NCBI GenBank assembly: GCA_964434105.1
Contig: CAYSTJ010000003.1
Location: 64,672-128,671 of the forward strand
Source of the DNA: an uncultured Cellvibrionaceae bacterium
GTDB lineage: Bacteria > Pseudomonadota > Gammaproteobacteria > Pseudomonadales > Cellvibrionaceae
DNA length: 64,000 bases
Direction: 5' to 3'
Shown: piece after piece, positions 58,005 to 64,000 of the stretch
Position numbering within the stretch: the stretch's first letter is position 1
Layout: each line of letters starts with the position of its first letter
Translations under genes and position numbers: made by a program
Notes under the pieces: generated by a model
What the model saw: only the letters and a program-made list of their open reading frames with translations
Told to the model about the DNA's origin: nothing
The model's database searches: none

Positions 58005-59666
58005 ATGATGAGTGACGATAGTAAAGCAGAACGGGAATCCATGCCATATGATGTGGTCATCGTGGGTGCCGGGCCTGCTGGCCTTAGTGCCGCCTGCAGA
58101 CTGAAGCAGCTAAACGGCGAGTTGACTGTCTGTGTCCTGGAAAAGGGATCGGAAGTCGGCGCACACATACTGTCGGGTGCGGTACTGGAGCCAAGAGCGC
58201 TGGATGAGCTCTTTCCCGACTGGCAATCGCTCGGCGCGCCGGTAACCACGGCTGTAAAGCGCGATGAAGTGCACTGGCTAAGCTCGGCGACCAGAGGTCG
58301 CAGGCTGTCGTCCGCGCTGGTGCCCCGGACCATGCACAACCGGGGAAACTATATCATCAGCCTTGGCAGGTTTTGTCAGTGGCTGGCCGAACAGGCAGAG
58401 CAACTGGGTGTCGATATTTTCCCCGGTATTCCGGCAGCCGACCTGGTGTATACCGCCGACGGTGCAGTGCAGGGTGTGATTACCCGGGATATGGGCGTAG
58501 ATGCCAGTGGCAATCGCAAAGCGGGATTCGCGGCCGGTATGGCGTTGCATGGCAAGTACACCATTTTCAGCGAGGGATGTCGCGGTCATTTGGGCAAAGC
58601 CCTGATCCGGCAATTTGCATTGGACAGGCAACGCAACCCCCAGCACTATGGCCTCGGCATAAAGGAGGTATGGAAAATACCACCCGACCGGTTCGAACCG
58701 GGTCTGGTGTTGCATACGGCGGGCTGGCCACTCAACCTGTCGAATTCTACCGGCGGCGGATTCCTTTATCAGCTTGATGATCAGCGCGTATCCGTTGGCC
58801 TGATTACGGATTTGTCCTATTCGAATCCGCATCTCAACCCTTATCAGGAATTCCAGCGATTCAAACATCATCCGTTGATCAAGCAATATCTCCAGGGCAG
58901 CGAACGGTTAAGCTATGGCGCCCGGGCCGTTGTGAAAGGCGGATTGCAGTCGCAGCCCCGCCTGCACTTTCCCGGCGGCGCACTGGCGGGCGATAATGCG
59001 GGCACCCTGAACTACGCAAAGATAAAGGGCATCCATACCGCCATGAAATCCGGCATGGTCACGGCCGAGGTCATCCACGCAGCCATTGCGGCGGGGCGCG
59101 CCCAGGACGACCTGTCGGAACTGGCCGACGCCTATGGTCGCAGCTGGGCCTGGGAGGAGCTGCATCAGCAACGGAACTTCGGTCCGGCACAGCACAAGTG
59201 GGGTACCTTTTGGGGCGGCGTCTACAGCTATGTCGACATCAACCTGTTCAGGGGTCGACTGCCTGTGACGCTGAACGATCAGCAGCCGGACCACGCGCGC
59301 CTGCAGCCTGCCCGGTCCAGCACGGTTATCGACTACCCCAGGCCCGATGGTATTATCAGTTTTGATATCGCCTCGTCGGTGTATTTATCCAACACCAATC
59401 ACGAGGAGGACCAGCCGTGCCACTTGCAGCTTGCGGATGATTCGATTCCGGTCGCGCATAACCTGCCAGAATTCGACGAACCCGCACAACGTTATTGTCC
59501 GGCAGGGGTTTATGAAATCGTTCGGGACAGCCAGGGCGAGGCGAGCTTTCAAATCAACGCCAGCAATTGCGTGCATTGCAAAACCTGCGACATCAAGGAC
59601 CCAGCCCAGAATATCAACTGGGTGGTACCGGAGGGCGGCGGTGGCCCCAATTATCCCGCAATGTAA
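58005..59666 (+). CDS. Electron transfer flavoprotein-ubiquinone oxidoreductase
   Basis: The ATG at 58005 has an AAGGA RBS; the track start at 57966 lies inside the repeat. It has the FAD motif VVIVGAGPAGLSAA and a C-terminal 4Fe-4S region (CVHCKTCDIKDP). Confidence 0.95.
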   Translation: MMSDDSKAERESMPYDVVIVGAGPAGLSAACRLKQLNGELTVCVLEKGSEVGAHILSGAVLEPRALDELFPDWQSLGAPVTTAVKRDEVHWLSSATRGRRLSSALVPRTMHNRGNYIISLGRFCQWLAEQAEQLGVDIFPGIPAADLVYTADGAVQGVITRDMGVDASGNRKAGFAAGMALHGKYTIFSEGCRGHLGKALIRQFALDRQRNPQHYGLGIKEVWKIPPDRFEPGLVLHTAGWPLNLSNSTGGGFLYQLDDQRVSVGLITDLSYSNPHLNPYQEFQRFKHHPLIKQYLQGSERLSYGARAVVKGGLQSQPRLHFPGGALAGDNAGTLNYAKIKGIHTAMKSGMVTAEVIHAAIAAGRAQDDLSELADAYGRSWAWEELHQQRNFGPAQHKWGTFWGGVYSYVDINLFRGRLPVTLNDQQPDHARLQPARSSTVIDYPRPDGIISFDIASSVYLSNTNHEEDQPCHLQLADDSIPVAHNLPEFDEPAQRYCPAGVYEIVRDSQGEASFQINASNCVHCKTCDIKDPAQNINWVVPEGGGGPNYPAM

Positions 59667-59839
59667 TTCAGCAGGGTAACAGGAAGCCGGCGGCCATCCC
59701 TGCGTCGATAAATCGATCGCCAATCCCAGGGCTGTTGATGTTTCGCGATAACTCATTGAAACAAAAAGTCTTTCAGGGTTTTGACCAAAACCGTGAATTT
59801 CTTTTAAATCAATTGATTGGATTCAAACGTCAACAGACC

Positions 59840-60466
59840 CTAATGAATCAGCTGATCAAGCATCAGCGTGATTGCCTCGTCAGCCAACGGGTTGCCCAGC
59901 GCCAGGTCCGACATGTACCAGGGGCGTCTGGCCGAGATACTGACAGTATCCAGCAACCGTCCCGTGTTGGACTCATAGACCTGCAGCGACATCCGCAGTT
60001 TTTTATGCCGGATGTCCGTATCGGCGGCGCTGTCCACCCTGACAGCGGGTACATCCGGAAACGCCGATGGTGCATCCACCTGATGAACCCGCAACTTCAA
60101 TATAAAGTCGGCGCCCGCCGCCACAGCCAGATCCGCCAGATCCGCGGACGCATCGTCCACTGTGCCCGGAATGACCCGCTGGAACCGTTGCCCCGCCTGA
60201 TCCGCCAATCGCTCTGCCAGGTAAAGGCGGGTGCGGGGCCATGATGATCGGCCCCCTGTGTCGGCCTGGGGCCAGGCCAGAAATACACCGGCCTGCCGCG
60301 ACATACGCCATTCGCCCTGACGATTCACTTTAAACGTATTACCCAGGATCGATGAATCCGCGACAGGTGATCCCACCGGTCTGGAGGGCGAGAACCCGCA
60401 TCCTGCCAGTCCCACCGACGTCAAAAGAATCGCACCGCAATACAGGTAGACGAATCTGGCTTTCAT
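59840..60466 (-). CDS. Hypothetical lipoprotein
   Basis: The ATG at 60466 gives MKARFVYLYCGAILLTSVGLAGC (lipobox). I recognise no family. Confidence 0.6.
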   Translation of the reverse strand: MKARFVYLYCGAILLTSVGLAGCGFSPSRPVGSPVADSSILGNTFKVNRQGEWRMSRQAGVFLAWPQADTGGRSSWPRTRLYLAERLADQAGQRFQRVIPGTVDDASADLADLAVAAGADFILKLRVHQVDAPSAFPDVPAVRVDSAADTDIRHKKLRMSLQVYESNTGRLLDTVSISARRPWYMSDLALGNPLADEAITLMLDQLIH

Positions 60467-60624
60467 AGTCGCATCCGTTGGGTTGATATACAGGTTTTCG
60501 GGTTTGCGCCACGCGCCTGATGTGGCGATCACCGATGTTTGCTATATTGGCCGCACGTCCCTACAGTCTAAGCCTTATTTCGCCAAACTGCCGCAGGCCC
60601 GACCGCCGAATCGGAGAATATTCC

Positions 60625-61467
60625 ATGCTCGCTGCCATCCTGGATCTCGAACCGCTCGCGCCTGACCGATACAGCACACGTCAGCATTTGCAGAATTTTC
60701 GTCGCAGCCTGTTCGGTGGGCAGGTTCTGGCGCAAGCTCTTATGGCTGCCGGGCTGACCGTGCATGCCGGACGCCCTCCGCATTCGCTGCACGCCTACTT
60801 CCTGCGCGCCGGGCATCCGAACGCTGCCGTCGAATTTACGGTTGAAAGCCTTCGGGATGGCAAGAATTTTTCGGCGCGCCGCGTCAATGCCATTCAGGAT
60901 TCCAGACTGATTCTCACACTGCACGCGTCATTCCATGCACCGGAAGCTGGATTTGAGCATCAACCTCCAGCCCCGGCCAACGGACCGACGCCAGCGGCTT
61001 TGCACGCCGCACAGAATGAAGATAAAGCACATAGCCATACGATCGGCGCTGAGTTCAGGGAGCCGCCCCTGGACTATTTACCATTCAACAACCACCTGAA
61101 ACTGACCACGCCCCAGTCCGGTTCAGAGGCCCGTTGCTGGACCCGATCCCGCGGACCACTGCCGTCAACCGCGCTTCACCATTTCTGCGCGCTCGCTTTT
61201 GCCTCTGATATCGCCCTGCTCGCATCAGCCCTGTTGCCGCACGACGCATCACTTTTCAGCGACAATATCTTTCCGGCAAGTATTGATCACAGCCTTTGGT
61301 TTCACCGTATTCCGGTATTCAGCGAGTGGCATCAGTACATCACGGACAGCCCCTGGGCGGCTGACGCCCGCGCTTTGTGTCGTGGACAGTTCTTTGACCT
61401 TGCCGGAAACCTGACAGCAACTGTGGCGCAGGAAGGTCTCCTGAGGCAGAAGACATCGTCAATTTGA
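60625..61467 (+). CDS. tesB: Acyl-CoA thioesterase II
   Basis: The ATG at 60625 has a GGAGAA RBS. FGGQVLAQALMAA and LRDGKNFSARRVNAIQ closely match recalled E. coli TesB. Confidence 0.9.
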   Translation: MLAAILDLEPLAPDRYSTRQHLQNFRRSLFGGQVLAQALMAAGLTVHAGRPPHSLHAYFLRAGHPNAAVEFTVESLRDGKNFSARRVNAIQDSRLILTLHASFHAPEAGFEHQPPAPANGPTPAALHAAQNEDKAHSHTIGAEFREPPLDYLPFNNHLKLTTPQSGSEARCWTRSRGPLPSTALHHFCALAFASDIALLASALLPHDASLFSDNIFPASIDHSLWFHRIPVFSEWHQYITDSPWAADARALCRGQFFDLAGNLTATVAQEGLLRQKTSSI

Positions 61468-61606
61468 GCCAGAGAACTGTAGAGACACAAGTATAAATGC
61501 TGGCATCGACAGGCCCGCGGGACGGTCGTCAGGTCCGGAAGTGCGGGCGGCCATGAGAATAGTCACTATACTGGGTTTATCCTGGACCAATTGAACTGAG
61601 GAGCAT

Positions 61607-61942
61607 ATGGAACGTATAACGATTGCCGATGCCATTCGATATCTTGAGAACGTCCTGACCGTACTCGACAATGCCTACTGGGAAGCATCCTGCATTCAAC
61701 ACAAGGATGGGCTGTACGATCTTATCGCCATCGTTCACACGGAGCTGAACGAAACGGCAAAACTCAGCGTCGAAGATCACTATATCGCCTACGAACCCAT
61801 CTCGGCGCACTTTCGGGCGAGCGGCCCACGGTTCCGTCTGCTGCAGCAGAATCTGCATCTATGGGTACCCCGCTCCATGACGGCACAGCAGCTCGACCTG
61901 GCCCTCGCTGACGTCCTGCGAATGCATAACCGTATCGATTGA
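61607..61942 (+). CDS. Hypothetical protein (111 aa)
   Basis: It has a good RBS (GAGGAG, 5 nt spacer) and protein-like composition. I recognise no family. Confidence 0.5.
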   Translation: MERITIADAIRYLENVLTVLDNAYWEASCIQHKDGLYDLIAIVHTELNETAKLSVEDHYIAYEPISAHFRASGPRFRLLQQNLHLWVPRSMTAQQLDLALADVLRMHNRID

Positions 61943-62174
61943 TGGCTCCGATGATGTCTGTTGCAGCGCTCGCCAATCCCGGCGACGGGCGTGCGTCATA
62001 TAACCGCCTCGGGTCCGATTATAAAGTGTGATATTGCTAAAAATATTGCAATTGCAGGGAACTTTAATTGTTATTCCCGTACAAAACGCGACGTACACCT
62101 TGTATTGCTAATTCGTTTAAGAATCTAAAGTGCAAAACTGGAAGTTTTCTGTATCTGCGCAATACTGTAATTAA

Positions 62175-62310
62175 CTGATGCCATTTCATCCCCCCAAGTG
62201 AATTTGGGCATCAGCAGAGCCGCCTCGGCGGTTCGTCGGGATGAAAGTCCCAAATGTTTCACTCCTAATGGTCCTGGCCCGGCGTTCCCCCGAACGCCGG
62301 GCATTTTTTT
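62175..62310 (+). ncRNA. Candidate structured sRNA or 3'UTR element ending at a strong terminator
   Basis: There is a hairpin CTGATGCC..GGCATCAG (62175-62214). Three long-range complementarities are tttcatccc/gggatgaaa, agtgaa/ttcact and atttggg/cccaaat. An 11-bp GC-rich terminator follows. No ORF is present. Confidence 0.35.
62277..62310 (+). terminator. Strong Rho-independent terminator
   Basis: GCCCGGCGTTC-cccc-GAACGCCGGGC (perfect 11 bp) followed by ATTTTTTT. Confidence 0.85.
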
Positions 62311-62387
62311 GTGACACGCATCACAACAATAAAAATTCTTCTGTTTGTATTCCTGCGTACTTCAACGTATAAAAGTCTCAATTCTTT

Positions 62388-62568
62388 GTAACTGTACAGA
62401 TTGCGTCCAGATTTGTTCAGAGCAAGGCGAAAAATGTGAGTTTACGCGTGTCAATACGCCGCACTTCCTGCGGGCCGCCTGGCCAGGCGTTCAAACCTGT
62501 TCCCACAGGTTTGTGACCATTTTTTAACGCAGCTATGGGCAAATCGGGGCGCAAGCTGAATAGTTACC
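62388..62568 (+). repeat. Copy 2 of the roughly 180-210-bp intergenic repeat
   Basis: It is in the same orientation as 4515-4722. The conserved hairpin CAAACCTGT-tccc-ACAGGTTTG (62492-62513) is followed by a T run. Relative to copy 1 it lacks two short segments. Confidence 0.85.
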
Positions 62569-62690
62569 AATTCTTTTTGGCGGACTCGACATCACTCCTG
62601 CCTGCCCATATCATCGCTGTCTCGTTTAACAGGGCTGATCAGGTCAGGCTATACCAGTCCGCAGAACCGACATGAGGTCTCGTTTTCGTC

Positions 62691-63842
62691 GTGAATGCCC
62701 AATTTGAATTTCGCTGTTTGGCCTTTCACGAAGGGTTGGCGCACGGCCGTGCGCCGGGTCACTTACATATAGACCAGGACTGCATCGAATTTGTGGTGGG
62801 AGAAAATACCGGCAGCATGTCGCTGCACGGTATGCAGTTACACGCGGGTGGTACGCTAAACCGGCAAATCATAATTACGCATCCGATTTGGCGCGGGTGG
62901 ACGTTTCGGACGTCCAATCGTGCCCTGCTGCAAAACCCATTTCTTCGGTCACATCCGGCAACATCGTTTCAGATCGACGATATTCGTCGTAAGCGTCGCG
63001 TGGGATTAAGTTTTTTTGTCCTGCTATTAGTGGCCATTATACTGACCTCGCTTTATTTTATTACCCGCCTGGAGCTGGTCAGCGACAGGCTGAGCCGGCA
63101 TACGCCTCCAGCCTGGGAGTCCTCCCTGGGAAAGCTTGGCCTGCAGCATTACCAGCAAAATCGGATTTTTCTGGATAGCGAAAAGACATCACCGTTGCTG
63201 GCACCCTTCGCCGCGCCGTTATTGGAATCTTTACCGGAGGCCACGGCTGGCAGGTTCGTCTTCTACCTGGTTGAGGACGCCGAGCGCTATGCTCTCGCCT
63301 TACCCGGGGGACATATTGTTATTCATACCGGTCTCATCGAAGCTGCCGGGTCAGCCGATGTGCTGATGGCACTGTTGGCCCATGAAATATCCCATGCCAC
63401 ACAGCACCACAGCATCCGTAACCTGCTGATGCATTCTGGGCTTCATACTGTGTTGCTCGCCGTATTGGGCGATAGCGCTGGCTGGGACGGCGCCGGCGCG
63501 GCCGTAATGCCGCAATTATTGAACCCGACCTATTCTGCACGACTGGAGGCCCAGGCGGATGTGCAGGCATACAACCTGTTAAAAGGGGCGCGCCTGCCGA
63601 CGACTGGATTGCACGAGCGCCTCGCCCTATTGACTTCACCTGGTCAAAACGGCACTCAGCGTTATGTTGCTGCACATCCAATGAATGCGCAGCACAAAAG
63701 CCACCTTCAGTCCCTGGTTAACGACACGACCGACGGGCAACGGCAACGGGACCTGGCCGCCAGGTACGACGAGCTGATTCGCGATATCCATACACTTACG
63801 GACCGTACCGGGTCGCCAACAGGTACCGATGATGCTGGTTGA
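62691..63842 (+). CDS. M48-family zinc metallopeptidase with an N-terminal cytosolic domain and one TM helix
   Basis: 383 aa with a GTG start, a TM helix (VGLSFFVLLLVAIILTSLYFI) and the active site LLAHEISHATQHH. Confidence 0.75.
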   Translation: MNAQFEFRCLAFHEGLAHGRAPGHLHIDQDCIEFVVGENTGSMSLHGMQLHAGGTLNRQIIITHPIWRGWTFRTSNRALLQNPFLRSHPATSFQIDDIRRKRRVGLSFFVLLLVAIILTSLYFITRLELVSDRLSRHTPPAWESSLGKLGLQHYQQNRIFLDSEKTSPLLAPFAAPLLESLPEATAGRFVFYLVEDAERYALALPGGHIVIHTGLIEAAGSADVLMALLAHEISHATQHHSIRNLLMHSGLHTVLLAVLGDSAGWDGAGAAVMPQLLNPTYSARLEAQADVQAYNLLKGARLPTTGLHERLALLTSPGQNGTQRYVAAHPMNAQHKSHLQSLVNDTTDGQRQRDLAARYDELIRDIHTLTDRTGSPTGTDDAG

Positions 63843-64000
63843 CATCAGGTCCAGCTCCGCTTTCTCCCATCTTTATGTCGCGTTGAATCCCGGTGAAGCG
63901 TTATTCGCCACGCCGGGAGCACTGGTTGGATATGAAACCGGTCTGGAGGTACGCACCGTACTTGCGGAAGGCCGCTGGCAGAGCACTGCAAAACGATGCC
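63829..64000 (+). CDS. AIM24/TIGR00266-like protein (5' fragment, continues beyond the window)
   Basis: The ATG at 63829 overlaps the end of the M48 gene. MMLVDIRSSSAFSHLYVALNPGEALFATPGALVGYETGLEV resembles the AIM24-family N-terminus. The frame is open to the window end. Confidence 0.45.
   Translation, partial: MMLVDIRSSSAFSHLYVALNPGEALFATPGALVGYETGLEVRTVLAEGRWQSTAKRC

Overview
This is a 64-kb chromosomal window that looks like it comes from a marine, polysaccharide-degrading gammaproteobacterium. That origin is inferred only from gene content: a GH5 lipoprotein with a (Thr-Pro)n linker, a TonB2-type cluster and a V-ATPase with Na+-type rotor residues. I support about 50 protein genes and find no rRNA, tRNA or CRISPR array.

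Left to right the window contains:
- norB (partial) and a norC-cytochrome c fusion, then gdhA, trkH and an SLC13 permease.
- A GH5 cellulase and a VIT-family transporter.
- A small integrase-associated island remnant: a tyrosine recombinase, a Tus-like protein and a degraded GNAT toxin.
- A macA-macB-OMF efflux operon, an MscS-family channel, nhaP2 and a cytochrome c'-like protein.
- A six-gene TonB2-type cluster, immediately preceded by a seven-gene V-type ATPase operon in an unusual gene order.
- ackA-pta, a cytochrome bd (CIO-like) oxidase and a CDF metal exporter.
- Divergent from the CDF exporter, a three-gene RiPP cluster: a signal-peptide precursor with two EGKCGEGKCGEGACG modules, a DUF692/MNIO enzyme and a DUF2063 partner.
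- An HExxH lipoprotein peptidase, an S8 protease, prc, xthA and a degenerate hybrid sensor kinase.
- etfBA, ETF-QO, tesB, an M48 peptidase and a partial AIM24-like gene.

The most interesting system is the MNIO/EGKCG metallophore-type RiPP cluster at 44.3-46.3 kb. Secondary items are the permuted, probably Na+-coupled V-ATPase, the Tus-like gene, the variant norCB, and several intergenic repeat families and sRNA-like elements.

All family assignments come from reading motifs and from recalled reference sequences; no database search was run. Coordinates of non-ORF features are good to about +/-2 nt.
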